Shown here: positions 30,030 through 40,600 of the stretch, in pieces
How the letters are laid out: each line of letters starts with the position of its first letter
Numbering within the stretch: the first letter of the stretch is position 1
NCBI GenBank assembly: GCA_964460615.1
Contig: CAYWPX010000001.1
Span: 263,747 to 327,746 of the forward strand
Direction of reading: 5' to 3'
DNA: 64,000 bases
Origin: an uncultured Planctomycetia bacterium
Lineage (GTDB): Bacteria; Omnitrophota; Gorgyraeia; CAYWPX01
Position numbers and translations under genes: made by a program
The notes under the pieces: model-generated
What the model was told of the DNA's origin: nothing
Seen by the model: the letters and a program-made list of their open reading frames with translations, nothing else
The model's database searches: none

Positions 30030-30090
30030 GGCTCATGGCTCTTGGCTCATAGCTCATAGTAAACAGATGACAGATAACAGAAGACAGAAT
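30030..30090. repeat. Two adjacent heptamer arrays: (GGCTCAT-like)x4 then (ACAGAWR)x4
   Basis: ggctcat ggctctt ggctcat agctcat at 30030-30057 (reverse complement of the 27-mer inside the RHS gene). acagatg acagata acagaag acagaat at 30063-30090. Confidence 0.8.
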
Positions 30091-30146
30091 AAAAACTAAA
30101 GAAAAGATACTCATTTTTAGTAGGTTGAGATAAATGAGGGGTAGAA

Positions 30147-32804
30147 ATGAATAAAAAGGGTGTAGCGCTAATATTGGCATTAGGGGTTTTGGCAGTCGTG
30201 GCGATCATTGCGACTAGCTTTGCCGTTAATATGCGCCTTGAATATAGAATGGCACAGAATTTTCAGGATAATGTTTTGGTCAGGGAAGCCGCTTTGGGAG
30301 GAGTATATGATGCCATCTCAAGAATTAAAAACGACACTGTTCAAAACCATTTTGATACTGATAATATCGCTACCGACCCTACTAATACGTGGGTAGCAAG
30401 TTTTGGGGGAACGTTCAGCGGGGCAAATTACACCGTAACTGTCAAAGATTGTGGCGGTTTAGTTAATATAAATGATGTATACAATGAGAAGCTTGGCCAA
30501 ATTATTCAGAATCTTAGTTATGCCATTAATGCTGGCGCGCCTCCAATACAGGCAGGTGAGGCAGGAACATTAGTTGCAGGCAGAAATACTATGTTTGAAG
30601 GAGAGCCTTTCACAGATAATAATAAGAATGGTTATTATGACGCTGGTGATGCGTGGAACTCCGCTACGCAGGATACGGGTTTTACTATTAATGGCGTCAC
30701 TTACGGTGCTGGAAATGGCGTAAGGGATGGTTATTTTGCTTCGAAAGAAAAACTAAAATTAGTTAAAGATGGCGGTGGAACCCCCGTTTTAACCGATGCT
30801 GAGTATAATCAGGTCGCCCCATACATAACTTGTTATTCCTATATAGATACAAAGGTCATTAAGCCAAATGCGGCTGATCTAAGTGCTGCGCAGGTATGGA
30901 CTCCTACTGCCCAGCCGGTTCAACCTCGTTCACCTATAAATCTGAATACCGCCGATCCATTGGTTCTTAGGGCAATATTTAGAGATATTAATGATGGTAC
31001 TAATTCTATTACAGCTCCCGAAGCTTTGAGTTTAGCAACTAGGTTTAAAGACAAGCGTGATGGAACCGGCTCTTATGCTGGTGCGGCAGTTCCGTTTAAA
31101 TGCTGGGATGATGTATTGTCGGTTCTTTTGGATGCTGAAACAGCAGGGGAAATAGCTGATGGTGATGCAGCAATTGTAATGGCGAATCTAAACCCTAATA
31201 CAGATATTATGACCTGTAATCCCAATGCTTCCTGGCGCGATAAGCATATAACTAAAACTTATGGTTCTATGAATTATGTTAAAGGGGTAGGTAAAAACAA
31301 TCTGACCAATTGGTCTACAGAAGGGTCTTTTAGCTCAAGCGGCTATTATGATATAAATTCGATAAGTACTTTTACTCGCGGTTCAAATACTGTTACAAAA
31401 ACTATCACAACCGTAGTTAAAGCATTTGATATTATCCGAGATACAACCCAGGCTGACTTTCAGTCTGCCGGAAGTTCACCAAATAATGTGCGCAGCTATC
31501 CGGAACCTCTTGGTACCGGCTCAGTTAATAATGCAGTTTATGATGGCCAAATAATGCTTAAGGATAATGAGGTATCTACAACTGATAGAAAACTTGTTAG
31601 CCATTATAATTCAACCCGGGATGCCGATTTGGCAGATGGTGGCGTTACTGTCAGGCAAAGCTATGCGGCTCCTGAAAGAAGTGTAATGAAAAATGCCGCT
31701 AATGGAAGCCTTATGCCAGATGGTATGTTTGTCAGTTATAATGGAAATGTTCCATACAGATCTAACAACAGAGTTGGTTATGCCCCAATAAACAATGTTG
31801 CCATGACAAATAATGAATGTGGTGTTGAAATGTGGATAAAATCTTTATGGGCTATGCCAACAGCTGCTGCTAAAAAACTTTTCACAGTTGCATTGACAAC
31901 TGCCGCTCCTGCGGCTCCGGTTAATGACCAGTATGCTTTTATGTGGGCAGCAGTATGGGGAGGAAATATTTTTGGTTCAATAATCTTACAAAGGAATATT
32001 GATTATGGTGCTCCTTGGGGTAGCCAGAATGAAGGAGATGGGACTCTTTGGGGAACGCCACCCGGTGGGTTGCATTTGCCAGAAGCTAAAGTTGAATTTC
32101 CGTATTCCTGGAATCCAGGGATATGGCATCATTATGTCTGGAAATGGCAAGTTGGACAAAGTGCAAAAGTTTATATTGATGGTATATTAAAAGGTGATTC
32201 TGCTACTATGTGGTTACCGGCTCCATCTGACCAGGAAGTAAAAAGATGGGTCAGAGCGGAAATTACCGGCATAAAAGATCCGGCTGCTTCGGGTGGGAAA
32301 GATTTGATGTTTGGAAACGATGGCGGTGATAATAATGAAGTATTAGATAGTACTATAGATGAAATAAGGACTTGGGAAGGACCGGTTAGTGCCGAAAATG
32401 ATTATGGGCTTGGAAGGTATTACAATTATGTTGATAACGGAGGAGTAAAGGCAAATTATATCTCATCATCTTTAGCTCCTTCTTCAGGTATCAGATTGGG
32501 AGCTGTGACCTGGACTGCCCATCTACCGGTAAATCTTACAGATGAATATGGCAATTCAATAGTTGGTAACAATTCTCTGCAAATGGATTATGATGCCGGT
32601 GCTGGATATGTTGGTGGTTTTACTGACCCAAAATCAGATAATTCCATTAATCAAACCGCAAGTTCTTTAAACTATAAAACAACTTTCACGACAGATGAAG
32701 GGGTGGCAGGAGTTAACCCATCGTTAAGGGATACTCCGGTTCTTGATGATGTAACAATAACATATATAAAAGACACTAAATTTTTAAGCTATAAGGAGCA
32801 ATAA
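30147..32804 (+). CDS. Giant GspK/PilX-like tip pseudopilin (885 aa)
   Basis: N-terminus KKGVALILALGVLAVVAIIATSFAVNMRLEYRMAQNF is the GspK pattern. Long extracellular region with a lectin/LamG-like segment. Confidence 0.55.
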   Translation: MNKKGVALILALGVLAVVAIIATSFAVNMRLEYRMAQNFQDNVLVREAALGGVYDAISRIKNDTVQNHFDTDNIATDPTNTWVASFGGTFSGANYTVTVKDCGGLVNINDVYNEKLGQIIQNLSYAINAGAPPIQAGEAGTLVAGRNTMFEGEPFTDNNKNGYYDAGDAWNSATQDTGFTINGVTYGAGNGVRDGYFASKEKLKLVKDGGGTPVLTDAEYNQVAPYITCYSYIDTKVIKPNAADLSAAQVWTPTAQPVQPRSPINLNTADPLVLRAIFRDINDGTNSITAPEALSLATRFKDKRDGTGSYAGAAVPFKCWDDVLSVLLDAETAGEIADGDAAIVMANLNPNTDIMTCNPNASWRDKHITKTYGSMNYVKGVGKNNLTNWSTEGSFSSSGYYDINSISTFTRGSNTVTKTITTVVKAFDIIRDTTQADFQSAGSSPNNVRSYPEPLGTGSVNNAVYDGQIMLKDNEVSTTDRKLVSHYNSTRDADLADGGVTVRQSYAAPERSVMKNAANGSLMPDGMFVSYNGNVPYRSNNRVGYAPINNVAMTNNECGVEMWIKSLWAMPTAAAKKLFTVALTTAAPAAPVNDQYAFMWAAVWGGNIFGSIILQRNIDYGAPWGSQNEGDGTLWGTPPGGLHLPEAKVEFPYSWNPGIWHHYVWKWQVGQSAKVYIDGILKGDSATMWLPAPSDQEVKRWVRAEITGIKDPAASGGKDLMFGNDGGDNNEVLDSTIDEIRTWEGPVSAENDYGLGRYYNYVDNGGVKANYISSSLAPSSGIRLGAVTWTAHLPVNLTDEYGNSIVGNNSLQMDYDAGAGYVGGFTDPKSDNSINQTASSLNYKTTFTTDEGVAGVNPSLRDTPVLDDVTITYIKDTKFLSYKEQ

Positions 32805-33682
32805 TGTCAAAAATATATTTAAAAATGTTTTTTGGTATAATGGTATTCGTAATTCTCTTTTCAGTTAAGGTTTTTGCTGCCGAAAATTATTTTTTAAAAG
32901 TAGATGCCAAATTTAATAGAAATGCTACTAGCGACGACATAATGATAAGCGGGACCACAAACCTTCCTGATAATTCAAAAATTTTAATAAATTTAAATTC
33001 TCCAAAGTCCAATGTAGCCAAAAGGCGTGCCTATGTAAGTAAAGGAACTTTTAGTACTCAAATTTCGCTTTTACAAGATAATAGACTTGTTTCTTGGGAT
33101 TATACGGTGGAAGCCCAGTTTTCTCATGCAGAACAAACTGACCCTAATGTTCTGAAGACAGTTGTAGCAGTAGGTAAAAACATTATTTTAGCTAAAGCAG
33201 ATGTAAGAGTAGGCGAAGCAGGGGAAGCCGATAAAGCCATGTCTGAAAGTAAAGACACTTTAATTAAAGATTTAAAGGAAATAAACCAGATTTATTTAGT
33301 CGTAAAAAAATATAATGATATTTTTATAGCTGATAAAGATAAAAAACTTTTTAAATTTGATGCCTGGAGGGCAGATCTATTTAAACTTAGCCAAGAGTCA
33401 AGTGTTTTGAGCGAGAAATACACTAAAGAAGATTTTATAAAGCGATATCCTCAGGAGGAGAGCGCAATAAGAACTTTGGCAACTAATTTGCCAAGGTTTT
33501 TAACAGCAATGGATAGAAAATTTAATAGGCTTGATGCTGAAAAGATACAAATTACCAAACAATATTCCATAGTTGAGAGCCCTGAAAGTTATTTAACAGC
33601 TACAGGGCTTGGACTTCAGAAAGCAGCTAATATTTTTGGGATAACTTTAGAAGATAAAATTGAAGAAAAAAATAAGGAATAA
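32804..33682 (+). CDS. Membrane-anchored periplasmic protein of unknown function; last gene of the pilus operon
   Basis: Start overlaps the gspK-like stop (TAATG). N-terminal TM/signal IYLKMFFGIMVFVILFSVKVFAAE, ~265 aa after it. No recognisable motif. Confidence 0.4.
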   Translation: MSKIYLKMFFGIMVFVILFSVKVFAAENYFLKVDAKFNRNATSDDIMISGTTNLPDNSKILINLNSPKSNVAKRRAYVSKGTFSTQISLLQDNRLVSWDYTVEAQFSHAEQTDPNVLKTVVAVGKNIILAKADVRVGEAGEADKAMSESKDTLIKDLKEINQIYLVVKKYNDIFIADKDKKLFKFDAWRADLFKLSQESSVLSEKYTKEDFIKRYPQEESAIRTLATNLPRFLTAMDRKFNRLDAEKIQITKQYSIVESPESYLTATGLGLQKAANIFGITLEDKIEEKNKE

Positions 33683-33717
33683 TAAATTGGTTTAATTGAG
33701 TTAAATCAAAAAAAAGC

Positions 33718-33745
33718 TTGAAATCCTTTATTTATGTGATATCAT
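33718..33745 (+). promoter_or_regulatory. Sigma70-like promoter candidate
   Basis: TTGAAA (33718-33723), 16-nt spacer, TGaTATCAT extended -10 (33737-33745). AAGGAG at 33753-33758. Confidence 0.4.
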
Positions 33746-33777
33746 ATTAAGCAAGGAGAAATCTAAAATAACTGCAA

Positions 33778-35991
33778 ATGAAACATTTTAAAAAGCTCTT
33801 TAGACCTTGTTCTTTAAGGAATTTATATAACCGATTATTAATAACATTAATAATCGGTTTTTTTATGCCTATAACTTTTTCTTTTGCTGATATATTACCC
33901 TTTGAAGCCGAAGATATTGCCGGTGTTATACATACAACTTTCTATGGTGACCCAACTTCCTGGGGAAACGCCTATATCGATCTGGGTACTTCTAGTCTAA
34001 ACTCTATTCATACTTTCACTGCGTCTTCGTCTAATAATTACAATTTTTGGATTAGGTTAAAAGGGGCAAATTTAGGCACTACTTACTCTGCCATATTAAA
34101 TGTCAATGGTCAGGAAATAGTTATCAAGGGTAATAGCACAGGTTGGCAGTGGATAAATAAAGATAGCTACCAGAATGCATTATTAGTCCATTTTAACCAG
34201 GGACAGAATACTTTCAGTCTTAGGAAGGACCCTAATCCTGTTTATTCATCACCCTTAATTGATTCAATTATTATTACCGATTATTTGAATTTTATTCCGC
34301 CTGATACTCCGCCCCAAATTATAAATAACAATTGGATTCAGGTTGTTTCCGATGGTTTCGATGATACTAAGAACCATGAAGCTAAGTTGATGGATACTAA
34401 TGGCAGTCTTTATGCATCAACTTCAAATACCAATCTTCATCCCGCTATCTATAAATCAGATGACGGAACTACCTTTAATAAGGTGTATGAGTTGAAGACT
34501 CCATATGGTAATGGTTGCTATATGTATAGAACTTTAGACCTAAAATACCTTGACCTAAGCTTAAGCTCCTGCTCGCCTGCCGGCGAGGCAGGGCTTTATG
34601 CCGTATCTGATGATTGGTACGGGACATGCTATTTAACTAAGCTTAATTCAGATAATACTTTCACAACAATAAGGCTTGGTAATCGTGATTGGTGGACCAA
34701 AGATATTATAGCTTTTAATGGCTATGCCTATGCAGGTTTTTATAATGATTGGAATCTCTGGTTTACCATGCGTAGATCAAACGGCCCAATGAATTCTAAT
34801 ATAGCTACAAGCTGGCTAAATATCTCCCAACCAGCCTTTGGCAAAGACGCTTCCAATAAGCAATACGCCAATATGGATTCTGACGCCTCATGTGTTTTTA
34901 GAGGGTATCTTTATATAGGAACCTATAATTATGGATATTTCGGAAGAGCTACAACTGGAGCCCAGATCTGGAGGACTAATGACGGAACAACATGGGAAAA
35001 GGTTGTGGGGGATGGTTTTGGCAGTACAAGTAGATCTAGCATTTCTCATATGACTATATTTGGCGGATATCTCTACGCTACTACAGCTGAGGCATTCGGT
35101 CCAAACTACATCTACAGAACTAGAGATGGTATAAATTGGGAACTGGCTTACCAAGGTATGAATAATGAACCATACATAGGCGATATCACTAGTTACATGG
35201 GAAGATTATACCTGACTACCTATAACTGGGGAGGAAAGGTATATTCATCCCCAGATGGCACAACCTGGACTCCAGTAAGTAACTCATACATAAATAACAA
35301 TTCCGCCAATTCACTTGTAGGAGATTTGCATCCATTTAGGGGTTCTATGTATGTAAATACCAGAAACATGACTGCCGGGACTAATATATTCAGAGGAAAA
35401 TTATTTTTGGATTTAGTTCTTAATCCTATTAGCAATAAATCGGTCTATGAAGATCAGTTACTTGATTTTACGATAAATGCTTCAGGCGAACCGCTTATTA
35501 GGTATTCAGCTTCAAATTTACCGGAGGGTTCTCAATTTGATACTGAAGCACATAAATTTTCCTGGAAGCCCTCTTATGGCCAGGCTGGTATATATTCAAA
35601 TACTCATTTTGAAGTTAGTGATGGCTTGGATAATCTAGCCTACGAGAATATATCCATAGAAGTCCTAAAAACGGTTATTCACGGGGATCTTACCGAAGAA
35701 GGCCCTGATGGAATGGAAGGTGTTAAAGATGCCTCTGTTCAGGTTCTTGATGAAACCCAGACAAATGTTTTAGGCGAGACTTTGACCGATGAAAACGGGC
35801 ATTTTAATATTTTCAATGACTTTTGGGCGAATGGAGTGTACTTCATAAGGATTATAAAGCCTTCTTATGAAAACACTACTCTAGAGATAAATATAAATGA
35901 TAACTCTACGGATCCACTTAATCCGTCTTTAACGCCTTATGTAAGGATAATGTCACCCTGCGATGGAGCAACCATTTATACAGAACCGTAA
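33778..35991 (+). CDS. Large secreted BNR-repeat / beta-propeller protein with an N-terminal CBM-like domain, Ig-like (He_PIG-type) domain and CarboxypepD_reg-like domain
   Basis: Signal peptide. BNR motifs SDDGTTF, TNDGTTWEKV, TRDGINWELA and SPDGTTWTPV. Paralogous to 59316..62243 (shared YIGTYNYGY[FL]GR[AT]T.GAQIWRT.DG.TWE and WWTKD..aY..GFYNDWNL). Confidence 0.55.
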   Translation: MKHFKKLFRPCSLRNLYNRLLITLIIGFFMPITFSFADILPFEAEDIAGVIHTTFYGDPTSWGNAYIDLGTSSLNSIHTFTASSSNNYNFWIRLKGANLGTTYSAILNVNGQEIVIKGNSTGWQWINKDSYQNALLVHFNQGQNTFSLRKDPNPVYSSPLIDSIIITDYLNFIPPDTPPQIINNNWIQVVSDGFDDTKNHEAKLMDTNGSLYASTSNTNLHPAIYKSDDGTTFNKVYELKTPYGNGCYMYRTLDLKYLDLSLSSCSPAGEAGLYAVSDDWYGTCYLTKLNSDNTFTTIRLGNRDWWTKDIIAFNGYAYAGFYNDWNLWFTMRRSNGPMNSNIATSWLNISQPAFGKDASNKQYANMDSDASCVFRGYLYIGTYNYGYFGRATTGAQIWRTNDGTTWEKVVGDGFGSTSRSSISHMTIFGGYLYATTAEAFGPNYIYRTRDGINWELAYQGMNNEPYIGDITSYMGRLYLTTYNWGGKVYSSPDGTTWTPVSNSYINNNSANSLVGDLHPFRGSMYVNTRNMTAGTNIFRGKLFLDLVLNPISNKSVYEDQLLDFTINASGEPLIRYSASNLPEGSQFDTEAHKFSWKPSYGQAGIYSNTHFEVSDGLDNLAYENISIEVLKTVIHGDLTEEGPDGMEGVKDASVQVLDETQTNVLGETLTDENGHFNIFNDFWANGVYFIRIIKPSYENTTLEININDNSTDPLNPSLTPYVRIMSPCDGATIYTEP

Positions 35992-36028
35992 ATATATTTA
36001 TTGCATAAATTTTAAGGAGTATTGATAA

Positions 36029-36853
36029 ATGAAAACAATAATGACAATTTTTTTCTTAGTTTTACTTATATTATTTAATGTATCTTCCTTGGTATTTTCT
36101 GCCGAAAAGAATGCAGATACTGAGCTTTCCAGTATTACCAAAGATATCCCCGGAATGTGGTGGGATGGGGGATGGGACAAATTGTCTGAATTGCAGAATT
36201 TTATTTTAGATCATCCAAAAAATCAGGCGCAATGTGCCAGAGCACAGTATTATATAGGTTGCTATTATTATTCAAAACAGGAGTTTCAGAAAGCTATAGA
36301 TGCTTACAAGGTTGTTATTAGTTCATATCCATCAGTCAAATCCGATTGTTCCAATGCCCAGTTTGAAATTGCACAGATCACCCTTAATTCGTTTAATAAA
36401 CCAAAGGACGCCATACAGGAATATAAAAAGGTTATATCAAGCTATCCAGATACCTGGCCTGCAGGAGTATCTCAGCTGGAAATAGGAAGATCTTATAGAA
36501 AATTACAAAATAATAATCAAGCTAAAATAGAATTACAAAAAGTAGTAGACAAATATCCCTTTGCCCAAAAACAGCAAACCGAAGCATTGATAGAGTTGGG
36601 CGACATAGCTGTTTCTTCTGGGGCGGGCAAGGAAGCTGTATCGTATTATAAGAAAGCTTATTCATTATGCCCTTTAGATGACCTAAATACCCTGACCCAG
36701 ATCATCGACAAGATCTGTCAGGGTTTTAAGGCCCTAGATAATTCTGTGGCAAGGGCAAATCAATTTATCAAATACCAGAAATATGGGCCTGCTGGTGAAG
36801 ATAAAGTAATGAGTACTAAGGATGATTTAGTGAATCCTTTGGCAGATTTTTAG
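36029..36853 (+). CDS. Secreted TPR-repeat protein
   Basis: Signal peptide; repeated AxxxYxxG...A...Y TPR-like helices. Confidence 0.5.
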   Translation: MKTIMTIFFLVLLILFNVSSLVFSAEKNADTELSSITKDIPGMWWDGGWDKLSELQNFILDHPKNQAQCARAQYYIGCYYYSKQEFQKAIDAYKVVISSYPSVKSDCSNAQFEIAQITLNSFNKPKDAIQEYKKVISSYPDTWPAGVSQLEIGRSYRKLQNNNQAKIELQKVVDKYPFAQKQQTEALIELGDIAVSSGAGKEAVSYYKKAYSLCPLDDLNTLTQIIDKICQGFKALDNSVARANQFIKYQKYGPAGEDKVMSTKDDLVNPLADF

Positions 36854-36865
36854 GAAGATGAATAC

Positions 36866-37657
36866 ATGAGAATAGTCAGGTTATTTATTAATATTGGCGC
36901 GATTAATTTAATATTTCTTTTGAATATCAATTTCATTCGCATTGCTGCTTGCAATCCTTATGATGTACCTGATGAAAGAGCAACAAGAATTATTTCGTAT
37001 TTAGATGATAAAGAAGCCGCTTTTATTAATTTTTTTTCAAAATTTCCCTCAGAAAATTTTTCTGAGACTGATAAACTATATGCTCAAGTTGAAGTATTCA
37101 AAAATAATTTTCTTTCAAATGCCAATGTAACAAATAAGGGAAATATAAAGACATTAAAACAGCTTACTCAATCTTTGATAAACCTGGGTAAAAACAAAGA
37201 AGCGCTAGATTTGTGTAAGGATTTTTTAAATAAACACCCTGAATGCAAAAATGAAATGGTAGGGCTTTATTATCAAATAGGCAATTCCTTTAAGGACTCA
37301 AACAAATATGACGATGCTATTGAACCTTATAAAGAAGGCCTTCTCATTTCTTCGGATAAAAACACGCTGATAAACAGCATCCATATTAATCTTGGATGGT
37401 GTTATTATAAAAAGTCAAATTATAAAGAGGCTATAGAACAATATAATAGTATTCTCTCATGTTCTCTCAGCCCCAATACCACTCAGTGGGTGTATTTTGA
37501 GATTGCCCGTTGTAATTACTTTTTGAAAAATTATAATGACGCTATCTTAGCATTTAAAGAAGTTATAAAGGTTGATCCGAAAACTCAGCTGTCTCGTAAG
37601 GCCAGGACAAATATTGAAGATATAGAAAAATTATTTAAGAGAGAGAAAAAGTCATGA
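36866..37657 (+). CDS. TPR-repeat lipoprotein
   Basis: Lipobox RIAAC followed by NPYD. TPR-like repeats. Stop overlaps the RHS gene start (ATGA). Confidence 0.5.
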   Translation: MRIVRLFINIGAINLIFLLNINFIRIAACNPYDVPDERATRIISYLDDKEAAFINFFSKFPSENFSETDKLYAQVEVFKNNFLSNANVTNKGNIKTLKQLTQSLINLGKNKEALDLCKDFLNKHPECKNEMVGLYYQIGNSFKDSNKYDDAIEPYKEGLLISSDKNTLINSIHINLGWCYYKKSNYKEAIEQYNSILSCSLSPNTTQWVYFEIARCNYFLKNYNDAILAFKEVIKVDPKTQLSRKARTNIEDIEKLFKREKKS

Positions 37658-40600
37658 TTTGGTTGTTTTTCGATAAGAGGAGTTTTAGGAAATCAGAAAT
37701 ATTAGTTATCTTGTTGTTGTTTTTTTCTATAGCTTGTATTTTGTTCACTCAAAATTCAGCTTTTGCCTGTAACCCTGAAGATAACCCAAAAGAAGATGAG
37801 CAGGTAGTCGGAGACCCGGTTTCTCTTACTAGCGGAAAAGTCTATGCCACTTTTCAGGATATGACTATACCGACTAGAGGTGCTTTGCCTCTTGAAGTAA
37901 CTAGAATTTACTATGGCAAAAGAGACTATTATGGGCCATTTGGTAGGGGATGGACTTTTTCGTATGGAATGAAAGTGACGAGATTAGCATCTGACATTAT
38001 GGAGTTGTTAAGCGAGCAAGGAAAGATTGAAATTTATAAGTGGAATGGCAGCCTTTGGGCGCCACCGGTAGGCAATTATTCTACCTTAATAAGAAACCCT
38101 GATGATAGTTGGACTCTGAGTCGCAAAAACGGCATTATTTACAATTTTGGCTCCTTTGGCCGTTTGACAGGTATCGTAGACCGCAATGGAAACCACATAA
38201 ATCTTACTTATAATGACGATGGATTTCTTACTGCTGTGAGTGATGATTGCGGGAGAAGCCTTATTTTCTCGTACAATTCTAATAACAAGATATCCAGTAT
38301 TACCTGGCCAAATAATGAAATTACTTCATATGACTATGATGCAAATAATAATCTGGCCAAAATTACCGATCCGGAATTAAACGAAATTAATTATACATAT
38401 AATAATTATGGCACCAAAACAGAACTCGCGTCTATTATTGATGCCCGTAATAACACTACCTCTTATTCATATTATGAAGATTCATGGGACCCTAATTACT
38501 TAAAATGCAAAAGAATAACCTATGCCGATGGCACGCATATGGATCTTGTTTATAATGAGTCTTTACGATTTACTTTGGTAACGAATGAGAGAGGCTATTC
38601 TACTAGATATGATTATGATCCTGATGAAAATATAACCGTTGTTACTGACCCGTTTAATAATGAAACTCGCTCTGTGTATGATCCTTCGTTTAATAAAGTT
38701 TATTCTATAGATGCGCTTGGGCATTCTATAGAATATGTATATGATAACAAAGGTAACTGTCTTGAAGAGCACGATCCCATGGGTAGAAAAAAAATATATA
38801 CTTACGAGCCAAACTATTCTTTTATAAAGACATTAGCTGATCCTAAGGGAGTATATGAAAATTATTGCACTACTTATTACTATGACTATGAAGAAGCAGC
38901 TTTAGGAGACCTTAATGGTGATGGTATAACTACTCAAACTAACGGTAATGTAGTAAAAATAGTGTATCCAACGGTGTCGGCAGGTATCCCTATAGAACTA
39001 TTTATATACAATCAGTATGGCCAAGTTATTCAAAAGACCAATGCTAATGGCATAATTACAAAATATGAATATTACCCTGATACGGGGTATTTATATCGAG
39101 AGATAGATGATTATGGAAATTCTTCGCATATTAATGCGACAACTACATTTACTTATAATGCACTTGGCAATGTATTGACGACTACTGATTCCCTAAACAG
39201 GACTACTACATTTCAATATAATAAGATCGGTAAACTGCTTAAGTCAATTTCGCCGCAGCCTTTTAACTATAAGGTAAAATATACCTACGACGGTAATGGC
39301 AATACTACTAAGTTTGAAAAGCAGATTGATGAAGACGGCCTGGAATGGCAAACTGTTGAAAATGTTTATGATGGGCGTGATCAGCTGGTTACTATCAAAA
39401 AGTATCTCCCCGATAATAGTTTTTTAACTACCACTTTCCATTATGACGGCGCTGGCAACAAAGATAGCGAAACCGATGCCAATAATAATACTACATACTA
39501 TACCTATGATGAAACTAATCGCCTTATTAAGACTAAAGATGCGGAAAACAATGAAACAGAATATACCTATTATAATGATGGCAAGCTTAAAACAATTAAA
39601 GACCCAAAAAGTAATGTTACTACCTATCAGTATGATAATTCGGATTGGTTAGTTAAAACAGCTTACCCTGACGAATCGTTTGAGTGTTATAGCCCGGACC
39701 TTAATTCTAATATCTCAAATAAGTACACAAGGAACAAAAATATGATTTATTACGGTTATGATAATTTGAATCGCTTATTTTATAAACAGACTGACGAACT
39801 TTATCTTTATTATTACGACAAGGTTGGCAATCTAATCTGTGTTTATAAATATGTTCTGGGTAATTATGTTCTTCAAACTACCAATACCTATGACAACCTA
39901 AACCGCCTCAAAACTACTACAGATAATATTACTAATAGAACCGTTAGCTATGAATATAATTCTTTGGGGTTACGTACTAAACTTACTTATCCTGATAGTA
40001 CTTTTATTACCTATGAATATAATGAGTTAAACCGCCTTACTCATATTAAGGATCAGTCTGGAGTTTCGATTGCATCCTATACTTATTATCCTGATGGAAA
40101 GCGTAAATCTCTTACCTATGCCAATGGTATTACCACAAACTATAGTTATGATGATAAAGAAAATCTTGAGCATATAACTCCTGATTCCGAAGTTTTAACG
40201 AACTTTAGTTATTCATATGATAATGTTGGGAATCGACTAACAAAAGGGTTAAGTAGTCAGGGTCAAGGGTTAAGTACAGAAACTTATAGCTATGATAAAA
40301 TTTATCAATTAAAAAGTGTTATTGCGAACGGGAATGAAGCAAATTCTTCAACATATAGCTACGACTCTGTTGGCAATAGAATTACTCAAAGTGGTCATAA
40401 TAATCTCTTAACATATACGACTAATAACCTTAATCAATATACGCATCTACAAAAGACCAACGAAACTGTACCTATAAGAGGTAAGGTTTCAAGTTCAATT
40501 ACAAGAGTTGATGTAAATGGCGAAGAGACTTCTATTGATCCTGATAGGTCGTTTCATAAAGACGTGGTTTTAAATCCAGGCCAAAATACCATAACTGCTT

